A DNA stretch of 44,660 nt. It comes from Methanobacteriota archaeon. GTDB taxonomy: Archaea; Thermoplasmatota; Thermoplasmata; SG8-5. The first letter of the stretch is position 1; every line of letters begins with the position of its first letter. Where the stretch lies: the NCBI GenBank assembly GCA_030670795.1, contig DAOVAY010000002.1:1-44660 (forward strand). Reading direction: 5' to 3'. The notes under the pieces are model-generated. The model was given only the letters and a program-made list of their open reading frames with translations, was not told where the DNA came from and made no database searches. Made by a program: the position numbers and the translations under genes. Positions 34,141 to 42,212 of the stretch are shown here, one piece after another.

Positions 34141-35439
34141 TTATCTTTTCCACTTCACGTCGAGGTAGTGACACGAACAGGATATGCAGGGGTCATAGGC
34201 TCGGACAAGCATCTCCAGAAGCAGCTCGATTTCCTCCTCTGGCTTGTCCAGTATTGTAGGCGCAAAGGCCTTGAAGTCCTGATTGATGTTGTTGTGATTC
34301 TGGTTTGTTGGGATGACGCAATTGGCCTTCGTGCAGATGCCCTGGTCGTTGAAGGTGTAATCGTGGAAGAGTATTCCACGCGGTACGTCCACCGCGCCCA
34401 TACCACGGCCTGCTTTGACCTCGACCTTCGGTCTTTCGTCGCGGTTCACGCCCTTCTCGAGCAGTTGGTCGAGCCAGGCAATTGATGTTTCCACATCATT
34501 GAAGCACTCGATGAGCTGGGCGACCGAATTCATGAAGGGGTTGTGGCAAACAGGACTGAGTTGAAACTTTGCGGCCCATTGTTTTGCCAAAGGTGATAGC
34601 TTGGTATAGTTCAGATTGAGCCTGGCCAGTGCACCGACCATGTATGATTCGCGATTGTGTTTGGTGAATTTTGCAGTGGAGTACGGTACCACGAATTCGT
34701 TGGTTATGGACTTGTAATCCTCCACGGGCCATCGTCCGCCGTCCGTCGAACCGATATCACCGTCGTAAATCGCATATTCGTCATCGGCCACGAGTGCGAT
34801 GAATTCAGTTTCCCTTGTGAAATCGGGTAGTCCACCGGCATTGTCGAGAACGATTTGTGCCACATCCGTGAACGTGGGCACCGCATCCAAAAGGCTCTGC
34901 TTAAGACCACGGAGTTCTTTCTCGGAAGGTATAGACGTGAAGCCTCCGGGAACCATGTTGGTCGGATGTGTCGTACGCCCGGCCAGAAGGTCGGACATTT
35001 CATTGGCTAACCTGTGTAAACTCACAATTTTTAACACGGCGTCAGGATGGGTTCCGATTAAGGGGAACACACTGCCTACCTTGAAGAGGTCCGGAGCCAC
35101 GAGATACCCCACGTGGAGCACATGGCTTTGCAGGTTCTCGGCTGCCTTGATCAATCGCCTGAGTATCTCGGTCTGCTCTGAAGTCTCGATTCCAAGGGCC
35201 GATTCCGTGGCTTTCAAGGAGGCTTCGGTATGGCCGATGGAACATATGCCACAGATTCTACAAGTTATATGAGCCATCTCGTCCCAGCGTCTTCCTCTTA
35301 CAATAGATTCAAAGAATCTCGGGGCCTCGGAAACCTGCCACTGAATCTTTTCTATTGACCCGTCCTTTGCATTGAGTACGATGTTACCGTGTCCTTCCAC
35401 TCTGGTCAAATGTTCCACGTTAATGTTGATTTCAGCCAT
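34141..35439 (-). CDS. [NiFe]-hydrogenase large (alpha) subunit, group 3, 3b-like by size and gene context
   Basis: Motifs are LTRVEGHG, the N-terminal RICGICSIGH (RxCGxCxxxH) and the C-terminal DPCISCSCH (DPCxxCxxH), followed by a short cleavable tail YLDVKWKR. I prefer the ATG at 35439, which follows GGGAGGTGA and lies 1 nt after the small-subunit TAG. Confidence 0.88.
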   Translation of the reverse strand: MAEININVEHLTRVEGHGNIVLNAKDGSIEKIQWQVSEAPRFFESIVRGRRWDEMAHITCRICGICSIGHTEASLKATESALGIETSEQTEILRRLIKAAENLQSHVLHVGYLVAPDLFKVGSVFPLIGTHPDAVLKIVSLHRLANEMSDLLAGRTTHPTNMVPGGFTSIPSEKELRGLKQSLLDAVPTFTDVAQIVLDNAGGLPDFTRETEFIALVADDEYAIYDGDIGSTDGGRWPVEDYKSITNEFVVPYSTAKFTKHNRESYMVGALARLNLNYTKLSPLAKQWAAKFQLSPVCHNPFMNSVAQLIECFNDVETSIAWLDQLLEKGVNRDERPKVEVKAGRGMGAVDVPRGILFHDYTFNDQGICTKANCVIPTNQNHNNINQDFKAFAPTILDKPEEEIELLLEMLVRAYDPCISCSCHYLDVKWKR

Positions 35440-35440
35440 T

Positions 35441-36223
35441 CTAGTCACCTCCCTTCCCGGCTTCTTCATATCTGTAGGTGAACATGGTTTTTCTCTGCAT
35501 TATTGCATCGGCCGTGAGCCCGTACTTCTCCAGAACATCGCTCTGGGCGTTTGAATGCGGGTGACTCACATAACCGCGGCAAGCCTCGCATTCGTTCCCT
35601 GCAGACGGACATCTGGCATCACAGCCGGCCCTTGCCAACGGCCCCATGCAGAACTTGCCTATTTCAAACATGCACACGTTCTCCTTCTTCTTGCACTCAA
35701 CGCACACAGGGTAGTCCGGGATAGGCGGCTTCTTACCTTGAAGGATAGCAATAAGCACTTTTGCAAACTCCCCTTTGTCAATGGGACATCCTGGTATTAC
35801 ATAATCCACTTCCACGACTTCATCCAGTGCCCTGTGTCTCGGTTTCTCGAAGAATGGATTGGTGTCCGCGATGTCATCCGGGTCAGAAACATAGTCCCCA
35901 TAGACCTCCTGCTTGTTCTCTTCTGAGGTCCATTGATTGCTCAACCGCTGCACTCCGCCCAGATGGGCACAGGCTCCCAGTGCAATGAGTATCTCGGCGT
36001 TCTCACGGATTTTCTTCAACCGCTCTACGTCCATGGGTCGGGTGATAGAGCCTTCTACAAAGGCAATGTCATAGTCGTCCGAATGCTCTTTCATGACCTC
36101 CCTGAAGGCTACTATGTCGATTAGTTTGACAACCTCGACCACCGCTTCCTCCAGGTTTGCAATCTGAAGCTGGCATCCTTCACAGCTCGAAAAGTCGAAA
36201 AACGCTACTCTTGGTTTGTCCAT
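35441..36223 (-). CDS. [NiFe]-hydrogenase small (delta) subunit, group-3 type
   Basis: Motifs are FDFSSCEGCQ, LGACAHLGG and IPGCP, plus distal Cys clusters (CVECKKKENVC, CDARCPSAGNECEAC). The start overlaps the upstream stop as TAATG at 36225..36221. Confidence 0.85.
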   Translation of the reverse strand: MDKPRVAFFDFSSCEGCQLQIANLEEAVVEVVKLIDIVAFREVMKEHSDDYDIAFVEGSITRPMDVERLKKIRENAEILIALGACAHLGGVQRLSNQWTSEENKQEVYGDYVSDPDDIADTNPFFEKPRHRALDEVVEVDYVIPGCPIDKGEFAKVLIAILQGKKPPIPDYPVCVECKKKENVCMFEIGKFCMGPLARAGCDARCPSAGNECEACRGYVSHPHSNAQSDVLEKYGLTADAIMQRKTMFTYRYEEAGKGGD

Positions 36224-37710
36224 TAGAACGCCTCCGGTAAATCCTTGATGTCTTTATAATTAAATACGGGCCCTTCCTTACAGACGTAAATCCCGTTTAT
36301 CTGACAATGCCCGCACTTTCCCACACCGCATTTCATGCGTCTTTCAAGGGATACGATGATGTTTTCCTCCGGCATGCCCAGGTCCAACAGATCCTTATTC
36401 ACAAACCTGTACATTATGGGTGGTCCGACGACAATGGCGATGGTGTTTTGGGGGTCGAATTGCACTTTAGGGATAATGGTCGTTATTACGCCGATTTCGC
36501 CCTCCCAAGACTCGTCCTCGGAGCAAGCGTCAACCGTCAACAAGTACCGTATGTCATCGCGCTGTCCCCAGGCGGTCACCTCGTCGCTGAATAACAGCTC
36601 ACACGGCTCCTTGCATCCATATAGTATAGTAACCTCTCCGTAGTCCCCGCGGTTGTTCAACACGTGATTGAGGAACGACCTCATAGGGACAATGCCCAGG
36701 CCTCCGCCGATGAACAGAAGGTTCTTTCCCTTCAGGCCCTCGGCATCGAAATCGTTACCGAACGGACCGCGGATGCCCACCTTATCTCCGGGTTTCATTG
36801 TGTGGAGCTTATTGGTCACGTCTCCGACCTTTCTCACAACTATCTCGAAGGTGTCTCCGCCAGGGGCAGAGGATACCGAAAGTGGTGCTTCACCGGTTCC
36901 CATCACCGATACCTCGATAAATTGTCCGGGTTGATGTCCCAGTGGTCGACCATCATCCATGGCAATCTCGAAAAGCGTTTCAATATCCGTGAGCTTTTCA
37001 ACCCTTTTCAATGTGGCTTGCCTCGGGATGTATAGGGCTTCTGCCTCAGGGGCAGAGGCAACGTCTGTCTTGACCGCAATAGGTATTTCGGATTCAATTA
37101 CCGGTTCTTTGGTGGCATCGGCAAGCGCGTTGAAAAGGTTTACAGGGTCGGCGATGTCGGGGACACACTGCGAGGAGCAGCGGCCGCAACCCACACATGC
37201 CAGGAATCCCAGGTTGTCCGGGAGGTATCTTCCCTTTCGGTTGAACCTGTGGCGGTAACGGTTTTCGACTTTCTCCCTGAATATCTCGCCGGTTCCCACC
37301 TTTGTGAAATCCCGAAGAAGACAGCCGTCCCATGTTCTTTTTCTCTCGCCGGTCGTAAGGTCCAGGTTGACCTCGTCCGTCACGTCATAACAGAAACAGG
37401 TCGGGCAGACCAACGTGCATGAACCGCATGACAGACACTTCGCTGCCTGCTTTGCCCATACGTTACTGTCGTAATTCTTTTCCAGAAGGTCATACCAACC
37501 CTTGGGGCTGACCTTTAGGTCGCGCACGGCCTTTCCCGCGATTTGCATTTGAAGACTCTGAGCCTCCTCCATCTCTTCCGGCGTGGCATCCCTTAGGTTT
37601 GCAGCCTTGGATAAAAGGTCTGTTCCCGCTTGAGAGCCTGGTGTGACGGCGACTCTGTCGCCCAGGTCTGTCAACATCAGATCGAATGCAATCTCCGGGG
37701 GTCCTCCCAT
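36223..37710 (-). CDS. hydrogenase beta (C-terminal two-thirds, HydB/AsrA-like 2x[4Fe-4S]) fused in frame to gamma (HydG/AsrB/PyrK-like FAD/NAD(P) + [2Fe-2S])
   Basis: The beta part has CLSCGSCTLVCPTCFC and CVGCGRCSSQC. A linker ADATKEPVIESEIPIAVKTDVASAPEAE follows with no stop. The gamma part has RKVGDVTNKLHTMKPGDKVGIRGPFG, LLFIGGGLGIVP and the C-terminal CGVGKCGHCQ. The true N-terminus is uncertain because the frame is open upstream of the ATG at 37710. Confidence 0.8.
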   Translation of the reverse strand: MGGPPEIAFDLMLTDLGDRVAVTPGSQAGTDLLSKAANLRDATPEEMEEAQSLQMQIAGKAVRDLKVSPKGWYDLLEKNYDSNVWAKQAAKCLSCGSCTLVCPTCFCYDVTDEVNLDLTTGERKRTWDGCLLRDFTKVGTGEIFREKVENRYRHRFNRKGRYLPDNLGFLACVGCGRCSSQCVPDIADPVNLFNALADATKEPVIESEIPIAVKTDVASAPEAEALYIPRQATLKRVEKLTDIETLFEIAMDDGRPLGHQPGQFIEVSVMGTGEAPLSVSSAPGGDTFEIVVRKVGDVTNKLHTMKPGDKVGIRGPFGNDFDAEGLKGKNLLFIGGGLGIVPMRSFLNHVLNNRGDYGEVTILYGCKEPCELLFSDEVTAWGQRDDIRYLLTVDACSEDESWEGEIGVITTIIPKVQFDPQNTIAIVVGPPIMYRFVNKDLLDLGMPEENIIVSLERRMKCGVGKCGHCQINGIYVCKEGPVFNYKDIKDLPEAF

Positions 37711-38144
37711 GGCCTGTACAAAATTGCCGAAAAACGCCTTTCCGAAACGTTCACCGGCGTCAAACCGATGAGAAGTGTGTTCTTCCTCTTCTGCAGGTAT
37801 ATGTCGTCTACATTCGTATCCAGGAAATATTTGTCCATCTGCTGTATCGCTGAAAGGTCATACGGGTGCACACCGATGATAACCCTCTTCTTGGCAATAG
37901 CAGAACCCTCCACTCCATCGGGAGATGACAGGTCGAACGTCATCACAGTTTCATACTGGGGCAGGAAGTACTTTTTGGGCGGCAGTATCGTCACGTCATA
38001 GTCCAGACGAAGTTCGGCAGCCGATTCCAACGGTCCGAACGCGAACTTCTCGCCCTTTGATTTCACTCCTTCAACGTCAATCGAATCGTCTTGAATCAAT
38101 GAGTTGACGAACGCTGAGAAATCCTGTTTTGATAAGATTTTCAT
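37677..38144 (-). CDS. N-terminal third of the hydrogenase beta subunit (HydB/AsrA-like), out of frame with the remainder
   Basis: ATG at 38144 follows AGGAGGAGGA. The 155-aa product overlaps the next ORF by 34 nt, and the remainder continues in the -1 frame. This is a frameshift, a split gene or an assembly error (see findings). Confidence 0.65.
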   Translation of the reverse strand: MKILSKQDFSAFVNSLIQDDSIDVEGVKSKGEKFAFGPLESAAELRLDYDVTILPPKKYFLPQYETVMTFDLSSPDGVEGSAIAKKRVIIGVHPYDLSAIQQMDKYFLDTNVDDIYLQKRKNTLLIGLTPVNVSERRFSAILYRPWEDPRRLHSI

Positions 38145-38239
38145 TGAATTTCCTCCTCCTTCAATATCTTTACATTAATTATTTGTTAAGCAGGAGGAAT
38201 AAATTATGATATAAAAACTCATTGTGATATTTTCATGAC

Positions 38240-39670
38240 TTATTCTGGCATGATTTGCTCGTAGAAAAGGAAATGGATTTGTATTGATTCGGCGGCGACT
38301 TTCCCCGCACCCGCCGCAAGAATCACAGTGGCAGAACCGGTCACGATGTCCCCGCCGGCCCAAACCCCTTCCTTACTGGTCCGACCGAACTCATCGACCC
38401 TAATGTATCCCCATTCGTTGAGTTCCAGGTCTGGCATGGTTGATATCAATAATGGATTCGCCGCCGTTCCTATGCCAATGATCACCGTATCCACTTCTAT
38501 TGTGTATTCGGTGCCTTCTATCGGAACTGGCCTTCTTCTGCCGGACTCGTCAGGCTCCCCGAGCTCCATTTTTCTCACTTCCATTGCCTGCACCCAACCG
38601 TTTTCATCGCCAACTATCCTCACAGGATTTCTCAGCAGGTGGAATTCGATTCCTTCCTCTTTTGCGTGATGCACCTCTTCCTTTCTCGCCGGCATCTGCT
38701 CTTCGGCCCTTCTGTAGACGCAGTAGACCCTCTCCGCCCCCAGTCGCATGGCCATCCTCAGGCAATCCATTGCCACGTTCCCTCCGCCAACAACCGCCAC
38801 TTTCCTACCGTGCATTATGGGGGTGTCATACCTCGGATGAAGATAGGACTTCATCAGATTCGCACGAGTGAGGTACTCATTGGCAGAATACACTCCACAG
38901 AGGTTCTCGCCTTCAACCCTGAGAAACTTGGGAAGTCCGGCACCCACACCAATGAACACCGCATCAAAACAATGTTCTGTCAGCAGGTCATCGACCGTTA
39001 TGGCGGTGCCTATCACGCTGTTTAATTCCAACTTAACGCCCTGTTTGAGCAGATAGTCCACTTCGGCCTCCACAATCCTTTTCGGTAAACGGAATTCGGG
39101 GATTCCATACACGAGAACGCCGCCCGGCTTATGGAGGGCTTCGAAAATGGTCACTTCGAATCCCTTCTGAATTAGGTCCCCTGCCACGGTGAGACCGGAC
39201 GGTCCCGTGCCAATGACCGCGATTTTCTTTCCGTTAGACGGGGCTTTCGGGGGAACCTTCACGAGGTTGTTTTCAAGTTCATAGTCAGCACAGAAGCGTT
39301 CCAGTCTGCCAATGGCCACGGGCTCTCCCTTCTTGCCCAGTATGCACGTGGCTTCGCATTGTATCTCCTGAGGGCATACGCGCCCGCAGATTGCCGGAAG
39401 AGAATTGGTCTCCTTGATTTTTCTGGCAGCGGCCACGAAATTACCTTCCATGATGAGTTTGATGAATTCGGGTATTTGGACCTTAACGGGACAACCGCCA
39501 ACGCACAACGGTTTCTTGCATTGAAGACATCTTTCCGCTTCCAGAATTGCGGTTTTCTCGGAATAGCCCAGAGGCACCTCGTCGAAGTTCCTGGCTCGCG
39601 CTTGTGGGGGTTGTTCAGGCATCTTTTGCCTAGGTATCTTCATCCTTTCCTTCTCGTCCATCTCAACCAT
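38240..39670 (-). CDS. NfnB/SudA/GltD-like NAD(P)H-dependent FAD oxidoreductase with 2x[4Fe-4S]
   Basis: Motifs are NFDEVPLGY, CLQCKKPLCVGGCP, VAVIGTGPSGLTVAGDL (FAD) and VAVVGGGNVAMDC (NADPH). I prefer the ATG at 39670, which overlaps the upstream TGA; the ATG at 39661 is also possible. Confidence 0.85.
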   Translation of the reverse strand: MVEMDEKERMKIPRQKMPEQPPQARARNFDEVPLGYSEKTAILEAERCLQCKKPLCVGGCPVKVQIPEFIKLIMEGNFVAAARKIKETNSLPAICGRVCPQEIQCEATCILGKKGEPVAIGRLERFCADYELENNLVKVPPKAPSNGKKIAVIGTGPSGLTVAGDLIQKGFEVTIFEALHKPGGVLVYGIPEFRLPKRIVEAEVDYLLKQGVKLELNSVIGTAITVDDLLTEHCFDAVFIGVGAGLPKFLRVEGENLCGVYSANEYLTRANLMKSYLHPRYDTPIMHGRKVAVVGGGNVAMDCLRMAMRLGAERVYCVYRRAEEQMPARKEEVHHAKEEGIEFHLLRNPVRIVGDENGWVQAMEVRKMELGEPDESGRRRPVPIEGTEYTIEVDTVIIGIGTAANPLLISTMPDLELNEWGYIRVDEFGRTSKEGVWAGGDIVTGSATVILAAGAGKVAAESIQIHFLFYEQIMPE

Positions 39671-40547
39671 CCATGTCCTGTTTACAGCCCTTGTAATTGA
39701 AGAATTGATATGCCAACACTTCGTCATTCAGATAATGGCCACTTCGCTTGAACAACTCCTCCCAATCCACCTCGTGGCCGTCAAACTCCGGTCCGTCCAC
39801 ACACGCATATTTGGTCTCTCCGCCGACCGAGCAACGGCAGCATCCGCACATTCCGGTCCCGTCCACCATCAGGGCGTTTAAAAACACTTTCGTCTTGATG
39901 CCATGGGATTTTGTAGCTTCAGACGACATCATCAGCATGAAGTTGCAGCCCATGAATACGGCTCTATCGATTTTCTCACCTTTATCCAGAAGATGTTGAA
40001 CCGCATCATGGACCTTGCCGGAAATCTCCGTGCTGCCGTCCGAAGTGGTGAGAAATAATTGGTCTGAGACCGCCTTCAACTTATCCAGATTGTATAGAAG
40101 ATATTGGCCTCTGGCTTCTACAACGGTGATTACTCGGTTCCCCGCTTCCTTCATCGCCCTTGCAATCGGGTATATGCCTCCGATACCGTAACAGCCGCCG
40201 CCCAAAAGGACAGTGCCGAAATTGGCTATCTCCGCAGGTTTTCCCAACGGCCCCACCAGGCTTTCCAAGGTATTGCCAACTTCCATCTTTGCCAGCTTCA
40301 TCGTTGAGACGCCCAATTCCTGAAAGAAAATGGTTACCGTGCCCTTTTCAACGTCCCAATCGGAAACCGTGAAGGGCACGCGCTCGCCCATCTCATCAGG
40401 TATGAGAATCACGAACTGACCGGGTTTGACCTTCTCCGCAATTATCGGGGCTTCTATGACCATCTCGTAGATGTTGGGCACCACCGCCTCTTTGCTTACA
40501 ATCTTGAAGGACTGGCCGACTTCTTTGCAGACGTCCTTTTCGTTCAT
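39663..40547 (-). CDS. NfnA/SudB-like subunit (PyrK-type FAD + [2Fe-2S])
   Basis: It has VDGTGMCGCCRCSV...YACVDGPEFDGHEV and a ferredoxin-reductase-like N-half. The start overlaps the upstream stop by 4 nt. Confidence 0.85.
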   Translation of the reverse strand: MNEKDVCKEVGQSFKIVSKEAVVPNIYEMVIEAPIIAEKVKPGQFVILIPDEMGERVPFTVSDWDVEKGTVTIFFQELGVSTMKLAKMEVGNTLESLVGPLGKPAEIANFGTVLLGGGCYGIGGIYPIARAMKEAGNRVITVVEARGQYLLYNLDKLKAVSDQLFLTTSDGSTEISGKVHDAVQHLLDKGEKIDRAVFMGCNFMLMMSSEATKSHGIKTKVFLNALMVDGTGMCGCCRCSVGGETKYACVDGPEFDGHEVDWEELFKRSGHYLNDEVLAYQFFNYKGCKQDMDG

Positions 40548-42202
40548 TGATTTGCCTCCTTCAAAATTCGCAAATCACCAACCTTTTTTGTGAGGTCGGT
40601 TCCGCGGTATGAATATTGCGGGTCCTTGTTCTCTTTCAGAATTCTAGGTAGCCATTTACCATCTAAAAATAATTCCTGCATTTCCGGTAGTGTGACTTTC
40701 TTCAACTCATCTTTAAATGCTGAGCGTACATCTTCAAGGGTGGAAATATTTTCATTTCCAAATCCTTTCAGCACATCATTTGTAATTACCCAATCCGGTC
40801 TGGCTTTCGCGTAAGGCTCGACCGCGGCGTTCAGGCTCCTCAATGTCCCATCGAACGAGAGCACGCTTCCCTCGGTCTCGATGAAGGACAATGCAGGCAG
40901 AACAACACTTGCACATTCCGAGGTTTTTGATGCAAAGACATCCTGGATTATTAGGAACTCTGCTTCCTCGATGCCCGCCAGGTGCTGAGTTGTATAAATT
41001 GCCTTCAGCTTGCTAATCTCATCTGGCTTCATCAACTTTTCTTCCGTAAAGTCAGACATTCGGTAAAGGTGGGTTACTCCAAGGGCATTTCCTCCCCCTT
41101 GGAGCGCTTCCTGAACCACGGAACCCTCTGCCGGCGTACCCACGGCAATATTCGTCGTTCCAAGCACACGTGCCAGTTCGAGCATCATGAAGGCGGCTTC
41201 GTTATTCAGGTCACTAGATATGACAAATCCGATGTCGTTCGGCGAATATTTCTTAAGGCCTTCGACAGCATAGTCTATTGCCTCTTCCCATTCAACAGGA
41301 ATGAGCCAGTCATCTTTCCTGACCAACGGATACTTCAGCCTATCAAAGTGATTTATAATGGGTGCTATGCAAAATCGGCCGAGAACACAAAGCTGGCCGT
41401 TCGTGTAAGAAGTGGGGTCTGGAACCGTGGAAACCACCTTTCCCCATTTCACGCCGACCACAATGCCGCAGTTGATGTTGCAGAGGCCGCAGACCGTCTT
41501 GACCTCGGAATCCAGCTTGCCGTGCCACTTGGTTCCTCTCGCAGACAAAGCTCCTGTCGGGCAAACGTCCACGCAGGCCCCGCAGAACCTGCAGCCGGTT
41601 TCAAGATGGCTCTTTCCGAAGGCGGTGTCTATCCGGGTTTCATGGCCTCGTTTTGTGAAGGCCAGTACGCTCATTTCCCTTATCTCCTCACAAACACGCA
41701 CGCATCGCCCGCACAGGATGCATAGATTGTAGTCCCGGTCAAAGAACGGGTCCTCTCTCTCCAAGTTCAGGTTCTTGTAATTGAATTCATAATCCACCTT
41801 TTCGATCCCAAGGTGTTCTACAATCTCCCTAAGGTCGCAGTCCTCCTTGTTGGGACACAGCTGGCATCCGGTGATCTGACCCGCCTTCATCGGGCATGTG
41901 CGGTATTTTTCACATAGCTCTTTGTCGTCACACACGATGCAACTGTTCGGATGTTCGGATAGAAGAAGCAGGACCACGTTTCTCCTGAGATTGTTCAGTT
42001 CCTCATCATCTGTTATTACGTCCATGTCGTCGGTCGCGGGGGTGCTGCAGGCCGGTGGGAAACCGCGCATACCCTCGATTTTAACGAGGCAGAGGCGGCA
42101 GGCTCCGAAGTTGGGCAGCTGGTCAAGGGTACAGAGGGTGGGAATATAGATTCCGGCGTCTCTTGCGACATCCAGGACAGTCTGGCCTTCTTTGATTTCC
42201 AC
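40544..42202 (-). CDS. NuoG/HoxU-like Fe-S subunit: [2Fe-2S] + His-ligated [4Fe-4S] + 2x[4Fe-4S] + MopB-type [4Fe-4S] with a short (truncated) molybdopterin-oxidoreductase-like domain
   Basis: Motifs are CTLDQLPNFGACRLCLVKIEG, HPNSCIVCDDKELCE, CILCGRCVRVC, CRFCGACVDVCPTGAL and CGLCNINCG. The track start is GTG at 42202, but conserved N-terminal residues lie upstream of it (see findings). Confidence 0.8.
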   Translation of the reverse strand: MEIKEGQTVLDVARDAGIYIPTLCTLDQLPNFGACRLCLVKIEGMRGFPPACSTPATDDMDVITDDEELNNLRRNVVLLLLSEHPNSCIVCDDKELCEKYRTCPMKAGQITGCQLCPNKEDCDLREIVEHLGIEKVDYEFNYKNLNLEREDPFFDRDYNLCILCGRCVRVCEEIREMSVLAFTKRGHETRIDTAFGKSHLETGCRFCGACVDVCPTGALSARGTKWHGKLDSEVKTVCGLCNINCGIVVGVKWGKVVSTVPDPTSYTNGQLCVLGRFCIAPIINHFDRLKYPLVRKDDWLIPVEWEEAIDYAVEGLKKYSPNDIGFVISSDLNNEAAFMMLELARVLGTTNIAVGTPAEGSVVQEALQGGGNALGVTHLYRMSDFTEEKLMKPDEISKLKAIYTTQHLAGIEEAEFLIIQDVFASKTSECASVVLPALSFIETEGSVLSFDGTLRSLNAAVEPYAKARPDWVITNDVLKGFGNENISTLEDVRSAFKDELKKVTLPEMQELFLDGKWLPRILKENKDPQYSYRGTDLTKKVGDLRILKEANQ

Positions 42203-42212
42203 CTCTTTACCG

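Noticed and set aside
40544-42202. A selenocysteine or Mo-binding catalytic formate-dehydrogenase subunit was considered because of the MopB-type [4Fe-4S] motif.
   Set aside because: There is no in-frame TGA. The region after the Fe-S domain is only ~300 aa, far too short for a complete molybdopterin-binding catalytic domain. It fits a NuoG-like electron-transfer subunit better.
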